Shown piece after piece: positions 55,992 through 64,000 of a stretch of 64,000 nt of DNA (the stretch's first letter is position 1; each line of letters opens with the position of its first letter). The stretch is from a virus. The translations under genes and the position numbers were made by a program. The DNA lies in IMG/VR virus record IMGVR_UViG_3300030103_004816, one strand, 5' to 3'. The notes beneath the pieces are model-generated. The model ran no database searches. It was not told the DNA's origin and saw nothing but the letters and a program-made list of their open reading frames with translations.

Positions 55992-57572
55992 TTAGCTTGT
56001 TTCGCCACCTTGTTCTGGCTCACCTTCTGGCTGCTGATTCCAAGGAGCATCTGGATGTGCACCGCCTCCTGGACCAAAGTCAGCTTCATTAGCTTTTTCT
56101 TGCTCCATATTAGCTTGCATATCGTCAATCTCATCTTGATTAAAGTGTAAGATATTTTTCTTAATCCAGTCTTTACTAAAGTAAGTACCAGTATGGTTTT
56201 CAATATCTTGAAGAAGCTGCAATCTTTCTCTCATCATTTCAGAGTTTTTAAGCTCAGCAAAATGATTATCTTCTACAAAGTCATATTTTACTTGCTGACT
56301 CATTGAGTGCCATTCTTCTAATGACATGACACCCTTGAGTACGAGCTGCTTCTCTAAGATTTTTGTAAATAATAGACTAAATTTAAGTCTAAGTCTTCTT
56401 ATAAATTTATTAAATTTTAATTCGTCTCTAGATATTTCAGATGCTCTACCAAGAGTAAAACCAGCTTCTGGTTCTAATCTACTAATAGGTACATTTAAAG
56501 CTCTATATAGTTTCTTTTTAAAGTATTCTATATCTTCCATCTGACCTAAGTTTTGACCTCCAGGTAGAGTAGTAATTTCAGTACCTCTTCCACCTTCTCT
56601 TCTAGGTAACCAGAAGTCTTCCATCATTGTCATAAACTTACGATCGTCTCTAATCTCGCCTGATGCAGCATCATACACTAATCTATTCTTATGCTTAGTC
56701 ATCATATCTCTTAGATATTGTTCTGCTTTCATCTTAGGCAAGTTACCTACATCTATATAGAATATTCTCCTTTCAGGAGCTCTACTTATTCTATAGATTA
56801 CAGATGCATCTTCTAAAACTTGTAATTGGTTTAATGGTTTAATTGCTTTATGTAAATGTGATAAAACCATTTTATTATATTCATCTGATAGACCAGATGT
56901 AATATGAACTATTGAATCTTTAGCAATCTTTAAGCCTTGAGCTCCGCCCGCTGCTAATGGGTCTGGTGTTTGATAAGCTTTACTATGAAAGCCTTTATCA
57001 TTGTATACAAAAAATTCTTTTACAACTTTAACTACTGTATATCCACCTTTTCTTTCTTTCTTCGTCTGTCTTACTTTTCTTATCTTTCTTGGATCAATAT
57101 ATCTCAGCTCTTGTATCCCTTGTTCTACGTCAGTTTCATCTACAACTGCATGGAAGTATAGTCTTCCATCTACATACCACTTACGGAATAGTTCGTATCC
57201 TGATTGAGTTAAGAATAAAAGTTCACATGATTTTTTGAACTCTTCTTTAATACGTTTTTTAATTGATACAGAAAGATCTAGATTATCTAGATTTATATCT
57301 ACTACGGGTTGAGTAGGATCACTAATAATAGTTTCGTTAATTATATCATCAATAGCATGTTCAACTTCAGGTTGAAGAGCCATTTTTCTATAACGTGTAA
57401 CAAGTTCTGCTTCGTTCTTAGCAGTTCCTTCAAGGTCCACATAGGTACCATACATCCCACCGGATGTAGTAACGTTGACTGCCCCGTCATCGTATTGTGG
57501 TGTTACAAAAGATTGAGCCTTAGACTCTTCTGAGTCTGCTCGTTTGATTTCAAAGCCGAATAATTGAGCCAT
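55992..57572 (-). CDS. 20: Portal protein gp20
   Basis: LFGFEI, WYVDGR, RAPERRIFYIDVGNLPK, EDFWLPRREGGRGTEI. Confidence 0.98.
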   Translation of the reverse strand: MAQLFGFEIKRADSEESKAQSFVTPQYDDGAVNVTTSGGMYGTYVDLEGTAKNEAELVTRYRKMALQPEVEHAIDDIINETIISDPTQPVVDINLDNLDLSVSIKKRIKEEFKKSCELLFLTQSGYELFRKWYVDGRLYFHAVVDETDVEQGIQELRYIDPRKIRKVRQTKKERKGGYTVVKVVKEFFVYNDKGFHSKAYQTPDPLAAGGAQGLKIAKDSIVHITSGLSDEYNKMVLSHLHKAIKPLNQLQVLEDASVIYRISRAPERRIFYIDVGNLPKMKAEQYLRDMMTKHKNRLVYDAASGEIRDDRKFMTMMEDFWLPRREGGRGTEITTLPGGQNLGQMEDIEYFKKKLYRALNVPISRLEPEAGFTLGRASEISRDELKFNKFIRRLRLKFSLLFTKILEKQLVLKGVMSLEEWHSMSQQVKYDFVEDNHFAELKNSEMMRERLQLLQDIENHTGTYFSKDWIKKNILHFNQDEIDDMQANMEQEKANEADFGPGGGAHPDAPWNQQPEGEPEQGGETS

Positions 57573-57597
57573 TTAGAATCTCCATAATGAAAATAGC

Positions 57598-57624
57598 AGA
57601 GAGGCGGACAGTAGTCCGCCCTCT
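57598..57624 (-). terminator. GC-rich hairpin between gp19 and gp20 (terminator or mRNA-stabilising stem)
   Basis: AGAGGGCGGAC-TACT-GTCCGCCTCTCT; weak U tract. Confidence 0.55.
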
Positions 57625-57633
57625 TTCAAATAT

Positions 57634-58179
57634 TTAGGTGCCCGCGCTACCAGTAATGCCACTGACTGTCCAGTAATCATATTGAAATGAAACATCAAAT
57701 TGAGCTATTTCATCTACGATTTCCCAGGAAAGCGGTACGTCAGAGATATCTGTTGGGAATATACCAACAAACTTATACTCTCTTATAGGTACGCCTGTCT
57801 TAGAGAATTGAGTAACTGTAGCATCAGTTTTATATTCTGATGGGCTAGCTTCTCCAAACTCTCTTAAGTTGCCTACGTGACTGTTAATTGCATGAGACCA
57901 CTCTTCCATAGCATTTCTGATTAGAAAATCTTCGTCATTTATAACTGTAACAGGCCATGGAGCAAATGTTCTGTTACCAGCGACTTTAAATTTTCTTCCA
58001 AAATATGGAACCTCTACAAGACCCAGAGTCGAAGCTGGAAGTTGTGAAGCCTTTACCATGAAAGGAGTTTTAAGATCCCCAGCACCATTAACAGGATTAT
58101 TAATCCTTACTTGGAACAGGGAAGGACGTGCACCGCCTAATACTAGCTGCGATCTAATTTCATTTATATTAAATGCCAT
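57634..58179 (-). CDS. 19: Tail tube protein gp19
   Basis: GGARPSLF, YFGRKFKVAGNRTF, INDEDF, FQYDYW. Confidence 0.96.
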   Translation of the reverse strand: MAFNINEIRSQLVLGGARPSLFQVRINNPVNGAGDLKTPFMVKASQLPASTLGLVEVPYFGRKFKVAGNRTFAPWPVTVINDEDFLIRNAMEEWSHAINSHVGNLREFGEASPSEYKTDATVTQFSKTGVPIREYKFVGIFPTDISDVPLSWEIVDEIAQFDVSFQYDYWTVSGITGSAGT

Positions 58180-58192
58180 CTCTCTTTACTCC

Positions 58193-60268
58193 TTAAAATT
58201 TACCAACTACTTCTGAGAACTCTACTCCTGACCTTACGGCTACGAAGTTAAGTTGTATAAAGTTAATTGATTTAGCAGGCTTGACATATATATCACCTAC
58301 AAATTCGTTTCTATCTACGACTTCACCAGTATTGTTTGAATCGTCACAAACAACTCTAAAGTCGAATATACCTCTTCGTCCTTGTACATCTCTTAGGAAA
58401 GGCTCTATTAAGTTAACAAACTGAGCTCTTGTAAACTCATCATTAAATTCGAATAATGAGAATTGAGCTGCATTACTAATTGCCTTTTCTAGTACTATGA
58501 ATAAACGTCTTACGTTAATTCTATCAAAAGCACTTGGCTTATTAAGTAATGTTTTGTCTCCAAATAGGACTGTTCCTTGTCCAGGGAATGAAACAACTGG
58601 GTTAATACCATTCTTATAGAGTTGATCTCTAAAAGCTAGTCTTGGATTGAATGCTAATTTAACTACATTCTTAATCTGACCTCTGCTGAATCCACCTGGT
58701 GAGAACCAAGCATCTCTTTCGCCATCTGCTCTAGCACATAGTCCAGCAATGTCACCGTTCAATGGAATGTATCTATATACATCACCGAACTTATCGTATT
58801 GATATTTGTAACCACTGTCTAATATACCGTAAGATGAAGATCGTACTGAGTTTCTAAATGCAATAACGTTATCTGTTTGTGATGATAAGCTAGTTACGTC
58901 TACTACATCTGCTCTATCTGGAGAGCCGAATACGACGCAATCTTTTCTTACTTCACAGATGTTATCGATAATATAGTTAAGTAATCCTTCTCCATTAGTT
59001 CCACCAACTGCTTTACCAGTTAATAGTAATGAAATATCTACATCAGCTGCATCTGAGAACATATCGTAACCGACTGCTAGATCTCCTAAGCTTATTGCTG
59101 ATTCAGCGTTACCATCATGACCACCTGAGAAGTCATATTTTCTAGGTAAAGCTGTATTTAAAGCAGCCATTGCTGAACCTAATCCTGATGTTAATGGATT
59201 GTTTACTACATATATCCATTTAGAAAATTCATCTAATTTATCTTTCCAGAATAAGGACTCGCCTGATTCGTTTTTAGCGTCTGTTGCTCTTGAAAGGTTA
59301 GACCATTTTTCTATAATAGTTCCTTTTACGCCTGTAATGTCTCCACTACCGTCTTTTACTACGATGTGTACTTCATCACCTGCTCCACCTTTGCCTTCTA
59401 CGTATGGTGAAGTACCTGGTGCTCCATCAAAGTTATCTACATAACCCCAATGTCTTTCTATCACGGTTGGTGATATGTTTGTAGATAATGTATATCTACT
59501 TTCGAATGTTATTGTTCTAGTTACGTCATGAACTCCGCCACCTGTGTCGGAATGAACGTCTGAACCACTTACTGCGATTGATTTAACTTGTAGTTTCTGC
59601 TCACCAATTGTTGAGTTTCCTACAGCTATTAAATCTCCTACTTGGATATCGTTTACAACTTCGTCCATATAAGCCGAAAGTTGAGTATTTGTTATACCAG
59701 AACCTGAAGCGATAACATTTAAATTAGCAGTTAAACTTCCTGTAACAAGATTTAATGTTCCAGAAGTAATATGCGCATTTGTTCCGCCTGTTGCAGCATC
59801 AATTGTTACATTGCTCTGCCATGCATTACTTGAATCACAGATTTCTACTTTTAACCCGTCGCCTTTTACGCCAGGATACTTAGCTATAACATGATGATCA
59901 GCATTAGCTGTATAGCTTCCTGCGTCAAATAATACTTTGTTCTTAATTAATACACCGGAAGTGTTTCCACCACTTCCTGATACGATACCAGTAGAGTTAA
60001 GTGCAGCACTTGAAACTGTTCTGACAACGAATAACTTGTTGCCATAGTTTAAAAAGTTTGATGCGGTAAAGAATGTTTCGAAGTTGGATGCTTTTGGTTC
60101 ACCAAAACGTGAGACTAAAGTTACTTCGCTATCAACGAGAACTCTTTGCTCAACAGGACCCCACTCAAATACACCAGCTATTGCACCTTCCGTACTGGAA
60201 ACTGCAGGCACTACTGTAGTTAAGTCGACTTCGCTAACATTTACACCGGGACTGACTTGAAATGCCAT
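58193..60268 (-). CDS. 18: Tail sheath protein gp18
   Basis: SPGV.VSEVD, WGP, AFDRINVRRLF, SINFIQLNFVA. Confidence 0.97.
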   Translation of the reverse strand: MAFQVSPGVNVSEVDLTTVVPAVSSTEGAIAGVFEWGPVEQRVLVDSEVTLVSRFGEPKASNFETFFTASNFLNYGNKLFVVRTVSSAALNSTGIVSGSGGNTSGVLIKNKVLFDAGSYTANADHHVIAKYPGVKGDGLKVEICDSSNAWQSNVTIDAATGGTNAHITSGTLNLVTGSLTANLNVIASGSGITNTQLSAYMDEVVNDIQVGDLIAVGNSTIGEQKLQVKSIAVSGSDVHSDTGGGVHDVTRTITFESRYTLSTNISPTVIERHWGYVDNFDGAPGTSPYVEGKGGAGDEVHIVVKDGSGDITGVKGTIIEKWSNLSRATDAKNESGESLFWKDKLDEFSKWIYVVNNPLTSGLGSAMAALNTALPRKYDFSGGHDGNAESAISLGDLAVGYDMFSDAADVDISLLLTGKAVGGTNGEGLLNYIIDNICEVRKDCVVFGSPDRADVVDVTSLSSQTDNVIAFRNSVRSSSYGILDSGYKYQYDKFGDVYRYIPLNGDIAGLCARADGERDAWFSPGGFSRGQIKNVVKLAFNPRLAFRDQLYKNGINPVVSFPGQGTVLFGDKTLLNKPSAFDRINVRRLFIVLEKAISNAAQFSLFEFNDEFTRAQFVNLIEPFLRDVQGRRGIFDFRVVCDDSNNTGEVVDRNEFVGDIYVKPAKSINFIQLNFVAVRSGVEFSEVVGKF

Positions 60269-60333
60269 CTTATGCTCCTATATTAAAAATTCAAATAGTT
60301 TGAATATATTTATTAAAACTTAGGGTTAGAAAA

Positions 60334-61941
60334 CTACCAGCTCCCTTCACGCATATAACCATCTGGTACTGGGTCGAAACCATCGTTTACAACTCCAAAT
60401 GGCATTACATCTTCTTCGATCATCTTAGCGTGTTGATCTTGAGCGTGCTTTCTAACGTCTGTTTGTGTTAACTCTTTAAAATAATCTTGAATGCTCAACC
60501 AACCAAATAATACTAAACACATAACTAAGTCATCATGACAGCCGCCTTCGGCTTCATATGATTCACCTTTTTGAGCAAAGTGTGTAAGCTCTTCTAATAT
60601 TTTATAGTCAGATATAAATAGACTATCATTTTCTATTAATGTCTTAAGATTTAGGCATCCAGTTCTTTTGACTTGTTTAGTAGTCCTTACACCGAAATAC
60701 TGACCGCCTGAACCGAATCCAGAGGATAAAACTTGTCCAGCTCTACCTCTTGCAGCTGACATTAATACATTTTCTACTTCTAAATCATTATGTAATGATT
60801 CAGCTACTGACATTCCTATATCATTTGACTCAATTAACATATAAGCATTGTTATATTGTCTTGCTAATCCAGCTATGACAGTAGGAAAGTTCATTGGTGA
60901 TATTTCATTATTTTGATATACCGCTACCACCTTGGCGGGTATCTTCGATACATCTAATACGACAACAGCTGAGTAATCATTATTTACTCCTCTTGCTGTA
61001 TCACATATAGCGACATACATATGACCTTCTTGAGCTTTTTCGTATACTCTAAAATTTTCATTCTCATGAATAGGTCTTTGATATACTAATCTTTTTAGCA
61101 CTGAAGGAGAAATAAGAGTATTAGATGATCCTATAAACTCACATTCAAATTCAACTCTAAATTGATCAGCTGAAGTATTTCTTATTGTTTGTTCTTTCCA
61201 TTCTTTATCTCTGCCAGGTACATCTGACCAATGAACGTCAATACGTTTATATTCATTTATACCCTCCTCACTATCGTTCCATATTTTATAGAATAGATTT
61301 AAACCATTAGGTGTAGACGTAATAAGTACCTTAGAAGTTTTACCAGATGAAATCGTAGGATATACAGAAGCGAAAAACTCTTCTTGAATATGCATAGGTA
61401 CGAAAGCAAACTCATCTAAGTAAATTAAGTTAAAAGATCCACCCCTAATAGCAGATGCAGAAGTAGAAGCAGCTAAAATCTTAGAACCATTTTCTAATTC
61501 TACGTTACCTTTGTTCCACTCAACAACTCCTAATTGTAACCATCTAGGTAAATGCTCATAAGCTAAAGATATTCTAGCTAAAATTTCTCTTGATTGTTGA
61601 GATTTATGAGCTAATATAGCTATACTAAAAGATTCATTAAACATTAAATACCATAATAATGTTGCAGCAATAGTAGTAGTTTTACCAGACTGCCTAGGCA
61701 TTTTACATATAACAAATCTTTCATCTTGAACTAACTTAACTATATCTTCTTGAAAATCATATAAATCAAACGGTACTAAACCTTCGTCTATGTTTACAAT
61801 TTGTATATAAGTTTGAATAAAATAGATAGGATCTTGAGAGCATTTTACAAACTCTTCTATTTGCTCCGGAGTAAACTCTTGTGGAACATTAGCTCGTTTT
61901 AGGTTAGGATTACCTAAGTAATTTTCTCTAGCTTGATTCAT
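60334..61941 (-). CDS. 17: Terminase large subunit gp17
   Basis: PRQSGKTT, YLDEFAF, STPNG, EFECEF, HDDLVM. Confidence 0.98.
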   Translation of the reverse strand: MNQARENYLGNPNLKRANVPQEFTPEQIEEFVKCSQDPIYFIQTYIQIVNIDEGLVPFDLYDFQEDIVKLVQDERFVICKMPRQSGKTTTIAATLLWYLMFNESFSIAILAHKSQQSREILARISLAYEHLPRWLQLGVVEWNKGNVELENGSKILAASTSASAIRGGSFNLIYLDEFAFVPMHIQEEFFASVYPTISSGKTSKVLITSTPNGLNLFYKIWNDSEEGINEYKRIDVHWSDVPGRDKEWKEQTIRNTSADQFRVEFECEFIGSSNTLISPSVLKRLVYQRPIHENENFRVYEKAQEGHMYVAICDTARGVNNDYSAVVVLDVSKIPAKVVAVYQNNEISPMNFPTVIAGLARQYNNAYMLIESNDIGMSVAESLHNDLEVENVLMSAARGRAGQVLSSGFGSGGQYFGVRTTKQVKRTGCLNLKTLIENDSLFISDYKILEELTHFAQKGESYEAEGGCHDDLVMCLVLFGWLSIQDYFKELTQTDVRKHAQDQHAKMIEEDVMPFGVVNDGFDPVPDGYMREGSW

Positions 61942-62332
61942 TGATCTGTTTCTTTATAAGCTTTTGTAGATCACCTGTGCTTCCTACAAACAAAGTATTG
62001 TTTACAGTTGATGGATTTTTACCACCATTAGCAGTTGTTTCTATAGTTTGTTTCTTTTTAGATAGATCCATCAATGCTATATTAGCATCAGATAAAGTTC
62101 TAACTAATGTAGCAACAACTTCAAACGCTCTAGGATGTTGAGATTGTTGTGCTACTTCTAATAATTCTGTTAATGCGTTTGAGCCATTTTCTATTACTTG
62201 ATATAAATTACCTCTTGCATATTCAAAGTCATTGTCAAGCTTACTGTCATTAACAATTTCTTTTGCTTTAGTTATATCTTTTTTAAGAGGTTCAAGTTCT
62301 AAAAACTCACCAATAGTATCTTTGTTATCCAT
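61928..62332 (-). CDS. 16: Terminase small subunit gp16
   Basis: DFEYARGNL, HPRAFEV, FVGSTGDLQKL. Confidence 0.95.
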   Translation of the reverse strand: MDNKDTIGEFLELEPLKKDITKAKEIVNDSKLDNDFEYARGNLYQVIENGSNALTELLEVAQQSQHPRAFEVVATLVRTLSDANIALMDLSKKKQTIETTANGGKNPSTVNNTLFVGSTGDLQKLIKKQINESS

Positions 62333-63158
62333 TAAAATATTTATCTGTCACGAATCCATAGTTATCATTAGCACTTACGCTATCAGTATTTATAGCAACT
62401 GTACTATTAGAAGTTGGGTTACCATTAGCATCTAATCCAGGAGTTATAGTTACTCTGCTGGCAGGAGTAGCAATACTATTAATATTGAATACACCTGGTG
62501 CACCTGGGTCAACATAAAATTGAGTATTTGCTTTCTTAATAAGACCTTTCTTATCTTCAACAGGACCAAATACATATCCTTTTATATCAAATCTTAAAGT
62601 ATGAATTAAAGCTCTTCTTGACTCAAAATTACCTTCATAAGTATCTGATGTATTTAAACTTTGAAATACGACAGGAACATCAAAACCAAAATCTAAACCG
62701 TCTACTAGTTTTAAAGTGGCTGTAAACTCAGGAGTAAAGTAAGGTAATATTTGCTCTAGTATTCTTACTCCATCTTCTGCGTTCTTAACCATAATAGCTA
62801 ATTCAAAACCAATATTAAATGGTGTAGGTGTTCCTACGCTAGATAAATTAAATGATTGATCTCTTTTTGCTTGAACTAAATCTCTCATAGGATTCATTCT
62901 ACGCTCAGGATCATATTGAAACGAGATCATTTCAAAAGACATTCTTGGTAATTGTATTTGAATTTGTCTATCTAAATTAGGATCTACATTTAGTCTTTCA
63001 ATAAACTTTTGTCTCGGTCCATATGAAATAGGCACTCGCATAGTCTGGATAGTCTCACCAGCATTATTCTCTCTATCTATTTCAATGTTATTAAATAAAG
63101 TACCAAAGTAAACTACGTACTTTCTTATAACACCGTTGTAATATTTTTTACCAAACAT
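62325..63158 (-). CDS. 15: Tail sheath stabiliser/terminator gp15
   Basis: FGTLFNNI, VPISYGP, LPRMSFE, EQILPYFTP. Confidence 0.95.
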   Translation of the reverse strand: MFGKKYYNGVIRKYVVYFGTLFNNIEIDRENNAGETIQTMRVPISYGPRQKFIERLNVDPNLDRQIQIQLPRMSFEMISFQYDPERRMNPMRDLVQAKRDQSFNLSSVGTPTPFNIGFELAIMVKNAEDGVRILEQILPYFTPEFTATLKLVDGLDFGFDVPVVFQSLNTSDTYEGNFESRRALIHTLRFDIKGYVFGPVEDKKGLIKKANTQFYVDPGAPGVFNINSIATPASRVTITPGLDANGNPTSNSTVAINTDSVSANDNYGFVTDKYFNG

Positions 63159-63922
63159 TAAAAGTTATTCTCGCTAAATGGATTAAACTCACTAAAGTCA
63201 ATAAACTCTAATCCTTCATCTTGTAAGAATGTAGAGTCATCATCTTTATCTTGAGTTCTCTTATCATAGTTATCGTTTATTATTTCTTGACCTGACTCAG
63301 TAATTAAAGGTAAGCCAGTCTCTAAAGTTAGACCTCTTGCATCTAATAAGAAAGATTGAGATCTATCTACTTCTATATTATCTATTTCAGGTATACCAGT
63401 ACTAAATCTTTCATCAGAATATTCAAATGTCTCTAAAGATAAATCATAAGTCTGTAAATCACCTAATTGATAGAATAGTGCGTCATGTTTTACAAATTTA
63501 ATTTCAAATAATTTACCTATTCTAGTTGGTGTTGCTCCTTTTACCCAAGGTAAAAATATTAAATCACCTTCTCTAGGTCTTGTTATGTCAGGCTGAAACT
63601 CTTCTATCTCTTCAACAAATCTTCGTCTTGCTAAAGTTACATTCATTTGATCTTGAATAGAAAGACCAAATCTTTCCATAAAGGCACCTTGACCCTCATA
63701 GCCTTCTACTGAACGAATATATAATTCTAAAGGATAAGCAGTTTCAAATTTAGATAGAACTGCTTCTGAATATAATTGATCTTGCTCTACTTGATTTCTT
63801 GGAAGGTAAAATGACTCTTGGCCATATATAGAAATAGCTTCTATAATAAGATCTTCTATAAGTTGTGATTCACCGCTAGCTTCGTAGTTTTGAAAGTAGG
63901 TTGATCTTCCTTGTGCTGCCAT
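63158..63922 (-). CDS. 14: Neck protein gp14
   Basis: LIIEAI.IYG, YLPR, RPREGDLI, FEIKFV, FYQLG, DFSEFNPF. Confidence 0.94.
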   Translation of the reverse strand: MAAQGRSTYFQNYEASGESQLIEDLIIEAISIYGQESFYLPRNQVEQDQLYSEAVLSKFETAYPLELYIRSVEGYEGQGAFMERFGLSIQDQMNVTLARRRFVEEIEEFQPDITRPREGDLIFLPWVKGATPTRIGKLFEIKFVKHDALFYQLGDLQTYDLSLETFEYSDERFSTGIPEIDNIEVDRSQSFLLDARGLTLETGLPLITESGQEIINDNYDKRTQDKDDDSTFLQDEGLEFIDFSEFNPFSENNF

Positions 63923-63928
63923 AGTTCA

Positions 63929-64000
63929 TTACCCTACCATGTCGCTTACTGGTAAGCTGTATGAAGAAATCATTTCGGCTTCTAACTTATTAATCTCTGC
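63929..64000 (-). CDS. 13: Neck protein gp13, C-terminal end (partial)
   Basis: ...EINKLEAEMISSYSLPVSDMVG-stop; synteny. Confidence 0.8.
   Translation of the reverse strand, partial: AEINKLEAEMISSYSLPVSDMVG

Noticed and set aside
1218-62435. Plus-strand ORFs in the supplied track
   Set aside because: All are antisense shadows of well-supported minus-strand genes and show no recognisable motifs
1-64000. tRNAs, CRISPR arrays, introns/inteins
   Set aside because: Intergenic gaps are short and accounted for; gp43, gp41, gp17 and uvsW are normal length and uninterrupted; no repeat-spacer pattern seen
1-64000. Frequent palindromic 6-mers (AAGCTT, TCTAGA, GGATCC) as evidence of protected DNA
   Set aside because: Impression only; needs observed/expected k-mer counts
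1-64000. Cyanophage assignment
   Set aside because: No photosynthesis-related genes in the window; iscU/iscA, bimodular QueF and ROSE-like element favour a proteobacterial host, though the host cannot be fixed from this window

Overview
64 kb of an AT-rich T4-like (marine-type) myophage genome, with essentially all genes on the minus strand. Read in transcription order (right to left): neck/tail/packaging/head genes (gp13-gp23); an Fe-S assembly pair (iscU, iscA); gp3, uvsY, sugar-nucleotide genes, uvsW, gp55, gp47/46 and peptide deformylase; a roughly 11 kb 7-deazaguanine cluster (flavodoxin, queE, folE, queD, queC, queF, glutamine amidotransferase, TGT/DpdA-like protein, PurN-like formyltransferase, P-loop kinase, phosphoribosyltransferase, two dUTPase-fold genes, and a 2OG-oxygenase/GT29 fusion); replication genes (gp45, peroxiredoxin, gp44, gp62, regA, hsp20, gp43, uvsX, gp41); accessory genes; a roughly 11 kb block of Lys/Glu-rich modular proteins that look like protease-processed internal head polyproteins; a spanin-like pair; primase, thermonuclease and the 5' end of nrdA. 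No photosynthesis genes, tRNAs, CRISPR arrays, introns or inteins were seen. A heterotrophic proteobacterial host is suggested by iscU/iscA, a bimodular QueF and a ROSE-like element, but this is inference. The most interesting candidates are (1) a possibly pre-replicative formyl-preQ1 DNA modification pathway with its own Fe-S/electron supply and a preQ1-riboswitch-like leader, and (2) cassette-built capsid-cargo polyproteins. All calls come from motif recognition by eye; no searches were run.
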